Shown one piece after another: positions 9,212 through 19,136 of a stretch of DNA of 64,000 bases. Under the pieces are notes generated by a model, which made no database searches, was not told the origin of the DNA, and saw only the letters and a list, made by a program, of their open reading frames with translations. A program made the position numbers and the translations under genes. Every line of letters starts with the position of its first letter. The stretch's first letter is position 1. The DNA lies in the NCBI GenBank assembly GCA_964411675.1, contig CAYPLR010000002.1:25536-89535 (forward strand), read 5' to 3'. Source of the DNA: an uncultured Bacteroidales bacterium. GTDB taxonomy: Bacteria > Bacillota_I > Bacilli_A > ML615J-28 > CAG-698.

Positions 9212-10438
9212 ATGGTAGATGTTAAGAAAATCAAAGAAATGTTTCCAATATATAAAGAAAGCCCTCAATTGACTTATTTAGATTCGTGTGCAACCAGTTT
9301 GAAGCCACAACGAGTCATTGATAAAATGAACGAATATTATACACAGTATGGTGTTAATATTCATCGAGGAGTTTATCAGTTAAGCTATAAAGCTTCTGAT
9401 GAATACGATATTGCTCGTAATAAAGTTGCGAAATTTATTAATAGCAAATTTGAGGAAGTAATCTTTACACGAAACGCTTCAGAAGCACTTAATTTAGCGG
9501 CATTAATTTATGGTGAAAAATACCTTCAAGAAGGAGATATTGTCATTACTTCTGAATTAGAACATCATAGTTCGGTTTTACCATGGATGAAGCTTTGTGA
9601 AAGAAAGAAAGCAGAGTTAAAATATATACCTCTTGATAAAGAGGGAAGAATTACTATTTCTGCGTTTAAAAAGATAATGTCAGAGAAAGTAAAAGTAGTT
9701 GCTTTAACTTATGTATCTAATGTGATGGGGTATATCACTCCAATCGAAGAGATTATTAAGTTAGCCCATCAATATCAAGCAGTTGTGGTTGTTGATGCAG
9801 CGCAAGCAGTCATGCATGTAAAGATTGATGTAAAGAAAATGGATGCTGATTTTTTAGCTTTTTCTGGTCATAAAATGTTAGGACCAACAGGTATTGGCGT
9901 TTTATATGGGAAAGAGAAGATTCTTCATAAATTGGAACCATTATTATATGGTGGTGATATGAACGAAGAAGTAAACCTAGATAGTGTAGTTGTAAAAGAG
10001 ATTCCCTATCGTTTTGAAACAGGTACGCCAGCGATTGCGGAAGTGATTGGTTTAGGAGAAGCAATTGATGTATTAGAATCCATTGGAATCAAAACGATTC
10101 ATGATCATACAATGGCGATTAAGAATTATGCATTGAAAGGCTTATTAGCAATAGAAGGAATTACAGTGTACAATCCGACGGCAGAAACAGCAATTATTTC
10201 ATTTAATATCGATGGAGTTCATCCTCACGATGCGGCGACAATCTATGATAATGCGGATATTGCTTTACGAGCAGGACATCATTGTGCTCAGCTAATAACA
10301 AAATGGCTGAAAACAAATGGTACACTAAGAGGATCTTTTAGTATTTACAACGACTATCAAGATGCTGATAAACTAATAAAGATTACAAGAGAAGCAACTT
10401 CGTTTTTCCGTCAATTTGCAGGTGAAAATAATGAATAA
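9212..10438 (+). CDS. sufS: cysteine desulfurase SufS (class V aminotransferase)
   Basis: PLP-lysine motif SGHKMLGPTGIGVLYG and active-site Cys region RAGHHCAQ. ATG 9212 follows GAAGGTGG. Confidence 0.85.
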   Translation: MVDVKKIKEMFPIYKESPQLTYLDSCATSLKPQRVIDKMNEYYTQYGVNIHRGVYQLSYKASDEYDIARNKVAKFINSKFEEVIFTRNASEALNLAALIYGEKYLQEGDIVITSELEHHSSVLPWMKLCERKKAELKYIPLDKEGRITISAFKKIMSEKVKVVALTYVSNVMGYITPIEEIIKLAHQYQAVVVVDAAQAVMHVKIDVKKMDADFLAFSGHKMLGPTGIGVLYGKEKILHKLEPLLYGGDMNEEVNLDSVVVKEIPYRFETGTPAIAEVIGLGEAIDVLESIGIKTIHDHTMAIKNYALKGLLAIEGITVYNPTAETAIISFNIDGVHPHDAATIYDNADIALRAGHHCAQLITKWLKTNGTLRGSFSIYNDYQDADKLIKITREATSFFRQFAGENNE

Positions 10439-10862
10439 CATAGAAAATTTATATCGTCAAGTGATTATGGATCACTATAAAAATCCGCGAAATAAAGGAC
10501 TGAAGGGTTACCCTCATGTTCATATCAAAAATCCTTCTTGTGGGGATGATATTACGGTAGAAGCAAAAATAGAGAATGGCATTATTGTAGAGATAAATCA
10601 TCAAGGAACAGGATGTTCGATTTGCTGTTCTTCTGCAAGTGTATTATCGGAAGTATTGAAAGGAAAAACAGTAGTAGAAGCCAATGCTTTGATTAAGAAA
10701 TATTTACAAATGATCAAAGGAGAACCGATTACTGATGAGGAAGAACTGGAAGAAGCTTTGGTCTACGAAGGAGTTTCAAAATTTCCAGCAAGAATTAAAT
10801 GTGCAACAGTAGCATGGAAAGCTTTAGAGAAAGTAATCAATGGTGATGCCGATGAAGAATGA
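10431..10862 (+). CDS. sufU: Fe-S cluster scaffold SufU (NifU-like, Zn-dependent sulfurtransferase)
   Basis: NPSCGD...[10 protein letters not shown] cysteine motifs. Its start overlaps the sufS stop. Confidence 0.8.
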   Translation: MNNIENLYRQVIMDHYKNPRNKGLKGYPHVHIKNPSCGDDITVEAKIENGIIVEINHQGTGCSICCSSASVLSEVLKGKTVVEANALIKKYLQMIKGEPITDEEELEEALVYEGVSKFPARIKCATVAWKALEKVINGDADEE

Positions 10863-12255
10863 AAAAATAGATAACATTGTTGGCGATTACAAATATGGAT
10901 TTAAAACAGAAGCAAAAGAAATCTATAGTACGGGGAAAGGACTAAACCTAGAGGTAATTTTAAACATATCTAAGTTCAAGAATGAACCGGAATGGATGAA
11001 AGAAATTCGAGTAAAAGCCTATCAAAAATTTGTTGAAATGCCACAACCTAATTTCGGACCTAAACTTGATTTTATTGATTTCAATGAATATATATACTAT
11101 ATTAAATCAAGTAAAGGAGTAGAAAAAAGTTGGGAGGATGTTCCCGAAGAAATCAAAGAAACGTTTGATAAATTAGGGATTCCTGAATCAGAAAGAAAAT
11201 ATTTGGGAGGATTATCTGGTCAATTTGAATCTGAAGTAGTTTATCACAACACCTTAGAAGAATTAGAAAAACTAGGAGTTTTGTTTTGTGATACGGATAC
11301 TGCAATTAAAAAATACCCAGAGATTGTGAAAGAATATTTTGCAAAAGTAGTTCCTTATACTGATAATAAGTATGCAGCATTAAATACTGCGGTTTGGAGT
11401 GGTGGCTCTTTTATCTATGTTCCCAAGGGAGTAAAAATTGAAAAGCCATTGCAATCGTATTTCCGAATTAACACCGAACAAATGGGTCAGTTTGAACGAA
11501 CATTAATTATTGTTGATGAAGAAGCAAGCTTAAATTATGTGGAAGGATGCACAGCTCCCATTTATTCAAGAGATTCTCTTCATGCTGCGGTTGTTGAGAT
11601 TTATGTAAAAGATAAAGGATATTGCCGATACTCAACGGTTCAAAATTGGTCAAATAATATTGTCAATTTAGTTACGAAGAGAGCAATTTGTTATAGCCAT
11701 GCTCATATGGAATGGATTGATGGTAATATTGGTTCAGGAATTAACATGAAGTATCCAGCTTGTATTCTTGCTGGTGATGGGGCAAAGGGAACAACAATCT
11801 CAATTGCCTTTGCCGGAAAAGGTCAGATTCAAGATACAGGGGCGAAAATGATTCACTTAGCTCCGAATACGACGAGCACTATTATTTCTAAATCGATTTG
11901 TCGAGGTGGTGGGGAAGTTAATTACCGAGGAACCGTTCGTCATAGTCCAAAAGCAATCAATGCCCGTAGCCATGTTGAATGTGATACCATTATTCTAGAC
12001 AATTTATCAAGAAGCGATACAACACCATTCAATTTTGTTCAGAATCAAAAAGCAAGAATTGAACACGAGGCAACAGTATCGAAAGTTAGTGAAGATCAAT
12101 TATTCTATTTAATGAGTCGTGGACTAACAGAAGCACAAGCATTAGAGATGATTGTTATGGGTTTCATTGAGCCATTTTCAAAAGAATTACCAATGGAATA
12201 TGCAGTAGAATTAAATCAATTAATCAAACTAGAAATGACAGGATCTATTGGATAA
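10840..12255 (+). CDS. sufB: Fe-S cluster assembly protein SufB
   Basis: 471 aa with SufB/D core and C-terminal ...[25 protein letters not shown]. Start is ambiguous among ATG 10840, 10846 and 10852. Confidence 0.85.
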   Translation: MVMPMKNEKIDNIVGDYKYGFKTEAKEIYSTGKGLNLEVILNISKFKNEPEWMKEIRVKAYQKFVEMPQPNFGPKLDFIDFNEYIYYIKSSKGVEKSWEDVPEEIKETFDKLGIPESERKYLGGLSGQFESEVVYHNTLEELEKLGVLFCDTDTAIKKYPEIVKEYFAKVVPYTDNKYAALNTAVWSGGSFIYVPKGVKIEKPLQSYFRINTEQMGQFERTLIIVDEEASLNYVEGCTAPIYSRDSLHAAVVEIYVKDKGYCRYSTVQNWSNNIVNLVTKRAICYSHAHMEWIDGNIGSGINMKYPACILAGDGAKGTTISIAFAGKGQIQDTGAKMIHLAPNTTSTIISKSICRGGGEVNYRGTVRHSPKAINARSHVECDTIILDNLSRSDTTPFNFVQNQKARIEHEATVSKVSEDQLFYLMSRGLTEAQALEMIVMGFIEPFSKELPMEYAVELNQLIKLEMTGSIG

Positions 12256-12351
12256 GATAGATCCTTTTAAAAAGATTAGAAAAAACAATACTTGTTTTGT
12301 TTATAAGAAGTAGTTATGAAAGTGACAAATATTTTAATGAGGAGAAAACAA

Positions 12352-12840
12352 ATGAAAAGAATTTTATGTTTAATCATGGGCATTGTTATGGTTTTAGGAT
12401 TAAGTGCCTGTGCAAAAAAAGAAGAAAAACTAGAAGGATCACTCGAAGAGATCCTAAACGAGATTTATGAAAAAGGAGACTATTCAGACGATTTTGAACA
12501 ATACATGAAACCCAATCTATTAGTTTTTGAAATTGATGAGGAAAATGTAACGTATTATTTAGGAAAAGAAATTGAGTTTGAAGAAGCAATTGCTTCTGAA
12601 TCAATGATGATGACTTCTGCTTACTCAGTTTGTCTGGTACGCATGAAAGAAGATGCTGATATCGAACAAGCAAAACAAGATATTTTAGATAATGTTAATC
12701 CCTATAAATGGATATGTGTAGGTGTTGATGAAGACAAAATTATTGTAGATAATATCGGAGATGTTATTATTCTAATTATGACAAATTATGATGGTGAAGC
12801 CATTCACGATGCGTTCTTAAGTTTGAAAAACAAAAAATAG
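12352..12840 (+). CDS. hypothetical lipoprotein
   Basis: Signal peptide with lipobox LSAC. RBS GAGGAG sits 7 nt before ATG 12352. No known domain recognised. Confidence 0.55.
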   Translation: MKRILCLIMGIVMVLGLSACAKKEEKLEGSLEEILNEIYEKGDYSDDFEQYMKPNLLVFEIDEENVTYYLGKEIEFEEAIASESMMMTSAYSVCLVRMKEDADIEQAKQDILDNVNPYKWICVGVDEDKIIVDNIGDVIILIMTNYDGEAIHDAFLSLKNKK

Positions 12841-12855
12841 ATAGCAAGGAAAAAT

Positions 12856-14259
12856 ATGCTTTTTTCTAGTATCAGTTTCTTATATTATTTTTTACCCATT
12901 GTTTTTATTGTATACTTTTTGGTTCCCAAGAAAGGGAAGAATTTAGTTTTATTGATAGCAAGTTTAATTTTCTATTTCATTGGTGAACCAATCTATAGTA
13001 TATTAATGATTGCATCATCATTGTTAGGTTTTATTCATGGTCTTTTAATAGACAAGTTCCGAGGAACTAAAAAAGCAAAGATAGCATTGATATCTTCGAT
13101 TGTGTTTGGAATTGGAATTCTTGGTTTCTTTAAGTATGCTGATTTTTTTATAAAAAACATCAATGACTTACTGAATAGCAAGCTTGGATTACTACATATC
13201 GCATTACCTATTGGGATTAGTTTTTATACCTTTCAAATCTTAAGTTATACGATTGATGTCTATCGGGGAAACGCACAAGTACAAAAAAGTTTTATTAAAT
13301 TTGCGACATATGTTACTTTATTTCCTCAATTAATTGCAGGACCAATCGTTAGATATACAGATATAGAAGAGCAACTATCGCTAAGAAAACATAATTGGGA
13401 AAATATCTATTCTGGTAGTAAAAGATTCATTATTGGGCTTGCTAAAAAAGTAATTATCGCGAATACTCTTGCTGAAATAGGAGTGCTCTTCGCTAATTCA
13501 ATCGATAGATCGGTTGCTCTTTATTGGTTAATGGCCATTGGTTTTATGCTACAAATCTATTTTGATTTTTCTGGATATAGTGATATGGCAATTGGCTTGG
13601 GTCGCATCTTCGGTTTTGATTTTCAAGAAAACTTCAATTATCCATATATTGCAAAAAGCATAACTGAATTTTGGCGTAGATGGCATATTTCTTTATCGTC
13701 TTGGTTTCGTGACTATGTTTATATCCCTATGGGTGGAAGTCGTGTTAATTTGCTGAAGTGGATTAGAAATATTTTAATTGTGTGGTTATTAACAGGATTT
13801 TGGCATGGAGCGGAATGGAATTTTATTCTTTGGGGAGTTTATTTTGGTGTTTTATTGATTTTTGAAAAACTATTTATAACAAAGATCTTTAAAAAAATAC
13901 CTTCTATCTTCCATCACTTCTATCTTTTATTCCTAGTGCTGGTAGGATTTGTTATTTTTAACGCCGGTAGCTTACCGGATGTATTCAATAATCTATCTGG
14001 ATTGTTTGGAGGTTTAGATATCCCAATCATTAACACAGAAACGATTTACTATTTACGAAATTATTTCGTGGTTATCGCTATCGCTATGATAGGGTCTACT
14101 CCACTTCTGAATAAATTAATGACTAGAATTAGAGAAAAAACAAGAGGATTAAAAACCCTTAAATTTGTAGAACCAGTATTATTTGTCTTGCTTTTGTTAA
14201 TGGTAACAGGATGTTTAATCAGCGGTTCATTTAATCCTTTCTTGTATTTTCGTTTTTAG
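12856..14259 (+). CDS. MBOAT-family membrane-bound O-acyltransferase (DltB/AlgI-like)
   Basis: Multi-TM protein with the MBOAT catalytic-His region EFWRRWHISLSSWFRDYVYIPMGGSR and FYTFQILSYTIDVYRG. Confidence 0.85.
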   Translation: MLFSSISFLYYFLPIVFIVYFLVPKKGKNLVLLIASLIFYFIGEPIYSILMIASSLLGFIHGLLIDKFRGTKKAKIALISSIVFGIGILGFFKYADFFIKNINDLLNSKLGLLHIALPIGISFYTFQILSYTIDVYRGNAQVQKSFIKFATYVTLFPQLIAGPIVRYTDIEEQLSLRKHNWENIYSGSKRFIIGLAKKVIIANTLAEIGVLFANSIDRSVALYWLMAIGFMLQIYFDFSGYSDMAIGLGRIFGFDFQENFNYPYIAKSITEFWRRWHISLSSWFRDYVYIPMGGSRVNLLKWIRNILIVWLLTGFWHGAEWNFILWGVYFGVLLIFEKLFITKIFKKIPSIFHHFYLLFLVLVGFVIFNAGSLPDVFNNLSGLFGGLDIPIINTETIYYLRNYFVVIAIAMIGSTPLLNKLMTRIREKTRGLKTLKFVEPVLFVLLLLMVTGCLISGSFNPFLYFRF

Positions 14260-14267
14260 GAGTTTAT

Positions 14268-15371
14268 ATGCAAAAAATTATTTCAAAAATTATTACAATA
14301 TTTTTGCTAATAGGCATTTTAATTTTAATCATGTTCACCAATATGGTTGTATCTGACAAAGAATATTCTTTCAATGAAAGAAGAAAACTAACACAATTTC
14401 CCCAATTAAAAGTATCTGAAATTGCTAATGGTGATTTCTTTGAAGATTTAGAAGATTATTTTCTTGATCAATTTGTCTTTCGTGATTTCTTTCTAAAAAT
14501 GGATTCTTTTATGAGACTTCGTTTATTGCAACAAAAAGAAATCAAAGGAATTTATGCAATTAAGGATAGTTTATATAAAATAGAATATCCACTAAATGAA
14601 AAATCAGTGATAAATATTGCTGAAACAATTGAACAAATTTCTAAGGAATACCAGGATTATTTATCTATTTATTATGGAGTTATTCCTGATAAAAATTATT
14701 TCGGTGCCCAAAATAGTAAGGTGTTATCTCTTGATTACCAACGAATGTTAACATTGCTACAAGAAAATATTAATCATGCGAAATACATTGATTTATTTGT
14801 TGCTTTAGAAGCTGAGGATTATTACCGTACTGATATTCATTGGCAACAAGATAAGATTTTAGATGTAGTAGGACAAATTTCTCTTAACATGAAAAGCAGT
14901 ATTAAGACAAACTTGGATTATTATGAAATACACAAATTATCGCCATTTTATGGAACATACTATGGACAAGCACCCCATAAAATCGAAGCAGATGAATTAG
15001 TATTCTTAACAAATGAAGTTATTGATCAAGCCAAGGTTTATAATTATTCTACTTTTAAATATTCACAAGTATACCATGAAGAAAACATTTCTAATGTTGA
15101 TGGTTATGATGTATATTTAGAAGGAGCAGTTCCATTATTGACAATCGAAAATACAAATAGCACAAATGAGAAAGAATTATATCTATTTAGAGATTCATTT
15201 GGTAGTAGTATTGCTCCCTTATTAATAGAAGGATATCAAAAAATACATTTGATTGATTTACGCTATGTAAGTTATGAAAAGGTAAAAGAATATATCAATT
15301 TCGAAGCAGGGAATGATATTTTATTTTTATATAGTACAACAATTATAAACAATAGTTTTACTATAAAATAA
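14268..15371 (+). CDS. DHHW-motif (AlgX/AlgJ-like SGNH-fold) partner of the MBOAT acyltransferase
   Basis: N-terminal TM anchor and a conserved TDIHWQQ (D-x-H-W) motif. Immediately downstream of the MBOAT gene, as is typical for DHHW proteins. Confidence 0.6.
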   Translation: MQKIISKIITIFLLIGILILIMFTNMVVSDKEYSFNERRKLTQFPQLKVSEIANGDFFEDLEDYFLDQFVFRDFFLKMDSFMRLRLLQQKEIKGIYAIKDSLYKIEYPLNEKSVINIAETIEQISKEYQDYLSIYYGVIPDKNYFGAQNSKVLSLDYQRMLTLLQENINHAKYIDLFVALEAEDYYRTDIHWQQDKILDVVGQISLNMKSSIKTNLDYYEIHKLSPFYGTYYGQAPHKIEADELVFLTNEVIDQAKVYNYSTFKYSQVYHEENISNVDGYDVYLEGAVPLLTIENTNSTNEKELYLFRDSFGSSIAPLLIEGYQKIHLIDLRYVSYEKVKEYINFEAGNDILFLYSTTIINNSFTIK

Positions 15372-15380
15372 GTGAAATTA

Positions 15381-15417
15381 AAAGCAGTATCCTAAGGGAT
15401 GAACACTGCTTTTTTAT
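15381..15417 (+). terminator. rho-independent terminator
   Basis: AGCAGTATCC-taag-GGATgaacACTGCT followed by T6. Confidence 0.65.
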
Positions 15418-15486
15418 TTATCAATTTGATTAGCGCTTTATTTTTTCAGAAAAATTTGATATAATAACACAAGGTGATTGGCTATT

Positions 15487-16314
15487 ATGGAATATATCAG
15501 AATACAAAAATTACAATTTAAGAACATGGAGATTGATATTTCCTTAAATAAACAAGAAATATTTGCAGTTTATTCTTGTGATAAAAAAACGACCCATGAT
15601 TTCTTAATGGTGTTGAATGGAATAAATCCCAATAATGGTAGTTGCTTATATCAAGATAAGGATATTTTTGATAACGAGGATTTTTTTAAACAAAGAATTT
15701 ACATTGATTTTAAAGAATCATATTTAAAGACTATGAACGTTGAGTTTATTCAAGAAGCATTAGCGAATCGATTTAATTTATCATTCAATAAAGAAGCTTT
15801 TAATGCTTATGTACAAGAAATGGGAATTCGGCTTGAAACAAAGGTTAGAGCAAATTACACATTTACGGATACAGGAAATACAATGGTAAATTTCGCTTTC
15901 TTTAAAGCCTTAAATATACCTTTTGTTACGATTAACAACCCTACAATTTATTTGAAAAAAGCAAAGATTATTGAGACGATAACAAATAGTCTAGTAGATA
16001 AAAGAAAATACGAAAGCATTGTTCTTGGTTTGGATAAAATTAAAAACTTTAAAGAAAAGTTAGATAGAGTGTTGGTATTTACAGATTACCAGACATATGT
16101 GGTTGTTAATCCGCAACAAGATAGTTTTTTATTAATTGAAGATAACATTCATTTGCATGATAAAATGTTTCGAACAAAAGAAATCGGTTTAGTTATATGC
16201 TTAAATAATTACACGAAAGAAGAGATGAAGAAATTTAACAATTTTAAATTTAAATATCAAAAACTATCGTTTTATGAATTGGAAGATTATTTTGGTGATG
16301 ATAATGGAAAATAG
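15487..16314 (+). CDS. ABC-transporter-like nucleotide-binding-domain protein with degenerate P-loop
   Basis: Aligns to ABC NBDs (EIFAVYSCDKKTTHDFLMVLNGINPNNGS vs canonical GxxGxGKTTLlxxlxGlxxPxsG), but the Walker A glycines are replaced (SCDKKTT) and no LSGGQ signature is present. RBS AAGGTGA sits 9 nt before ATG 15487. Confidence 0.45.
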   Translation: MEYIRIQKLQFKNMEIDISLNKQEIFAVYSCDKKTTHDFLMVLNGINPNNGSCLYQDKDIFDNEDFFKQRIYIDFKESYLKTMNVEFIQEALANRFNLSFNKEAFNAYVQEMGIRLETKVRANYTFTDTGNTMVNFAFFKALNIPFVTINNPTIYLKKAKIIETITNSLVDKRKYESIVLGLDKIKNFKEKLDRVLVFTDYQTYVVVNPQQDSFLLIEDNIHLHDKMFRTKEIGLVICLNNYTKEEMKKFNNFKFKYQKLSFYELEDYFGDDNGK

Positions 16315-16930
16315 AAAAACACAAAAAAACCTTCATCATTATGAAATCCAATTAATCGTATTGGGAATCATAATTGCTATTTTACTTATCGGTTCTTTGA
16401 TATTAATAAATGGAATAAAAAATCAAGAAATAAAAATAATCAAAAGCAATTTTATGGTAGCTTTATTTTGTAGTTCTATCATGGGGGGTGCTTTTCTCTC
16501 TTTTTCAACAACCAATCGACTTTTAAAGTTTCAAACATCGTTTGGAATTACTCGTAAAAAAATATATAAAGACTATATTCTACGAATTATTCAAGTGTTT
16601 TCTTGGATGATAGGGATCTATTTATTTTATACCATGATGGATTTTATAATAATGGGTCAAAACGTCAGCCTTATCCCAATGCTCTTTGATCAAAAAATTA
16701 TGATTTTAATTTTATTGTTTTTACTAATGAATATGACTGGTTTTTGGTGTGGAATTCGACAAATTAGAATCGAATTGTTTCTAATTATTTTACTAGCTAT
16801 ATTTGCAATAACGTTTTTGTTATATTATTTTCAAATCTATAATATTTTTGTGCTTGGAGGATTTGTAGCCATCATTGTAGGTCTATTTTTCAATAATTAT
16901 AAAACAATCACTAAAGGAAAAATTAGGTGA
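16304..16930 (+). CDS. ABC-2-type-like integral membrane protein (approximately 6 TM)
   Basis: Highly hydrophobic ~208-aa product. Start overlaps the upstream gene (GGTGATGA then ATG 16304). Probable permease partner of 15487. Confidence 0.45.
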   Translation: MENRKTQKNLHHYEIQLIVLGIIIAILLIGSLILINGIKNQEIKIIKSNFMVALFCSSIMGGAFLSFSTTNRLLKFQTSFGITRKKIYKDYILRIIQVFSWMIGIYLFYTMMDFIIMGQNVSLIPMLFDQKIMILILLFLLMNMTGFWCGIRQIRIELFLIILLAIFAITFLLYYFQIYNIFVLGGFVAIIVGLFFNNYKTITKGKIR

Positions 16931-16934
16931 GAAT

Positions 16935-18971
16935 ATGAGTATTTTTAAAAAGCATAGAAAAATATGGTTTATTGTTTTCTTCATCGTGATTAATTTAATT
17001 AATGCAATGATGATTACACAGATTAATAAGACAAACAATTGGCAAGAAACATTAGGGATGACTCTCAATAGTATTTTAGGAAATATTGGTTTCATCGCAG
17101 TTTTATTATCGCTAGCAATACTGTTTTTTGGCCAAGAAAAAAGATTCATGATTTTCTTAGTCATTGAAACAATAATGTTATCTATTTTTTTAATAGCGAT
17201 TACTATGTATTATAATTACTATAAAATGTTTCCTTCTTTTTACAACTTGACTGCTTTTAGTGGAGAATCAAGTGATAGTGCCTTAGAATTTATTATCGAT
17301 TCTCTTGGTGAATTATCAAAAAATATTAAATGGATATTTGGGTTACCAATCATTTTCATTATTGGTTTGTATATTTTTATAAAAAAAACCAATGATTTGC
17401 ATAAGGAAACACCATTTTCTTCAAGGAAGTATCAAGCAAGCATCATTTTTTTGATTGGAGTTTTATTGCTTGGTGGGTCTGAAAAGTTTTATGAACGAAT
17501 TGTTAAAGGGACGTGGCATGAAGAAAACACAACAGTTACCTTTGGATTACAGGCTAAAGGAGTATTGAATTTTTATTTGGGAGAATCGATAGAGTATTTT
17601 ATAATAGGGGAAGAAGAACCTGAACCTGAAAAAATTGAACTACAGCTAGAAGAACTAAAAAAGTATCAAAACGACTCACAGATAAGTTTTATTGACAATA
17701 GTGAAATCAATAATAATGAATTATATAAAGGAATCTTCGCAGAAAAAAACCTGTTATTAATTCAACTTGAATCTGAAAGCAATTTTTTAATTGGATTAAA
17801 AGTAAAAGTAGGTACTGAGTATATTGAAGTAACACCCAATTTGAATCGCTTAGTTGATAAATCAATATATTGTAATCAATTTTATACAACCGTGGGAATT
17901 GGGAATACATCGGATGCAGAATTTACAGCAATGACAGGAATTAATCCTAGTGGGAATCGTTACACTGTTTATGAATACAATAATCAATCCTATGAAACAT
18001 TACCAAACTTGTTCAAAGAAAAAGGTTATTTTACTTTTGCAACACATGCCAATGCAGGATTTTTTTATTCAAGAGAAGAAAACTTTATCAACACATATGG
18101 ATTTGATTTATTTCTTGAAAAAACTTATTTTGAAGAAAGCATCCAGGATTATCAAGATAAAATTGTTCACGAATGGGTGGGCGATGTTAGCTTTTTAGAA
18201 CAAACAGTAAAAGAAATGAGAGTACAAAAAGAGAATACAGGGAAAGCTGTTTTTAGCTACCCTATTACTGTATCGAATCATTTGCCTTACAATTTGAATG
18301 AGGGACAAGATTTTTATGGTCAAAAGGAGTTATTATTTCCTAATGGTGTTGAAGGTATTTCAGAAGATTATATTAATTATTTGGAACATGCTAGTTATAA
18401 TGACTATGCAATCGGGAAAGCAATTGAGGCTTTAGAAAAAGAAGGTCTTGCGGATGATACCGTAATGGTAATATATGGCGATCATGGTTGTGGAATTGAT
18501 ATCTACGAAATGTTTTATCAAACACCTGAACTATTTACCAATGAAATGAATCCAATTATTGAATATGTTGAAGAGGAAAGTTCTAGGAATCTGCTAGAAC
18601 AACAGTTCCTATTAAATGTTCCATTTTTTATCTATGATGTTTCGGAATCAGGAATATTACCACCTCAAACAATCTCTTTAGTTAGAGGGCATGAATCAAT
18701 TAAAAGGACAATTGCCAACTTATTCGGTCTGGATGCTGAGTATTATTTTGGTATCGATATATTAAGCGATGATAAAACCTCTTGTTATAATCCAAGAAAC
18801 TTAACAATTCTTGCAGATGGAATCATTGTTTCAGGAAGTTCAAAGAAAAAGGTCTTTACGGATCAATACGTGTATACAGACGCAGAAATTGATAGAATTA
18901 TTTTAGGAACCCTTGAATACAAAAACATGAATGATAAAATCTTTAAGTATAAAATTTTTCTTGATAAATAA
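16935..18971 (+). CDS. LTA-synthase-family (LtaS-like) phosphoglycerol transferase / sulfatase-fold membrane enzyme
   Basis: Five N-terminal TM helices plus an extracellular sulfatase-fold domain. Catalytic-Thr motif GNTSDAEFTAMTG (LtaS GKTSDSEF). RBS AGGTGA. Confidence 0.8.
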   Translation: MSIFKKHRKIWFIVFFIVINLINAMMITQINKTNNWQETLGMTLNSILGNIGFIAVLLSLAILFFGQEKRFMIFLVIETIMLSIFLIAITMYYNYYKMFPSFYNLTAFSGESSDSALEFIIDSLGELSKNIKWIFGLPIIFIIGLYIFIKKTNDLHKETPFSSRKYQASIIFLIGVLLLGGSEKFYERIVKGTWHEENTTVTFGLQAKGVLNFYLGESIEYFIIGEEEPEPEKIELQLEELKKYQNDSQISFIDNSEINNNELYKGIFAEKNLLLIQLESESNFLIGLKVKVGTEYIEVTPNLNRLVDKSIYCNQFYTTVGIGNTSDAEFTAMTGINPSGNRYTVYEYNNQSYETLPNLFKEKGYFTFATHANAGFFYSREENFINTYGFDLFLEKTYFEESIQDYQDKIVHEWVGDVSFLEQTVKEMRVQKENTGKAVFSYPITVSNHLPYNLNEGQDFYGQKELLFPNGVEGISEDYINYLEHASYNDYAIGKAIEALEKEGLADDTVMVIYGDHGCGIDIYEMFYQTPELFTNEMNPIIEYVEEESSRNLLEQQFLLNVPFFIYDVSESGILPPQTISLVRGHESIKRTIANLFGLDAEYYFGIDILSDDKTSCYNPRNLTILADGIIVSGSSKKKVFTDQYVYTDAEIDRIILGTLEYKNMNDKIFKYKIFLDK

Positions 18972-18987
18972 AGCCCACTTTTGAATT

Positions 18988-19026
18988 GAACCAATTTATA
19001 TATACATATAAATTGGTCTTTTATAT
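18988..19026 (+). terminator. rho-independent terminator
   Basis: ACCAATTTATAT-atac-ATATAAATTGGT followed by CTTTTAT. Confidence 0.65.
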
Positions 19027-19136
19027 AGGTGTATACTTTAAGAGACTCTATTCATTTGATAAGGCTTTATTTTTTTTGATTGCTTTTTCATTGAAGAAAT
19101 GGTGTATTCATAGTATAATATGTCGAGGAAAAAGTT

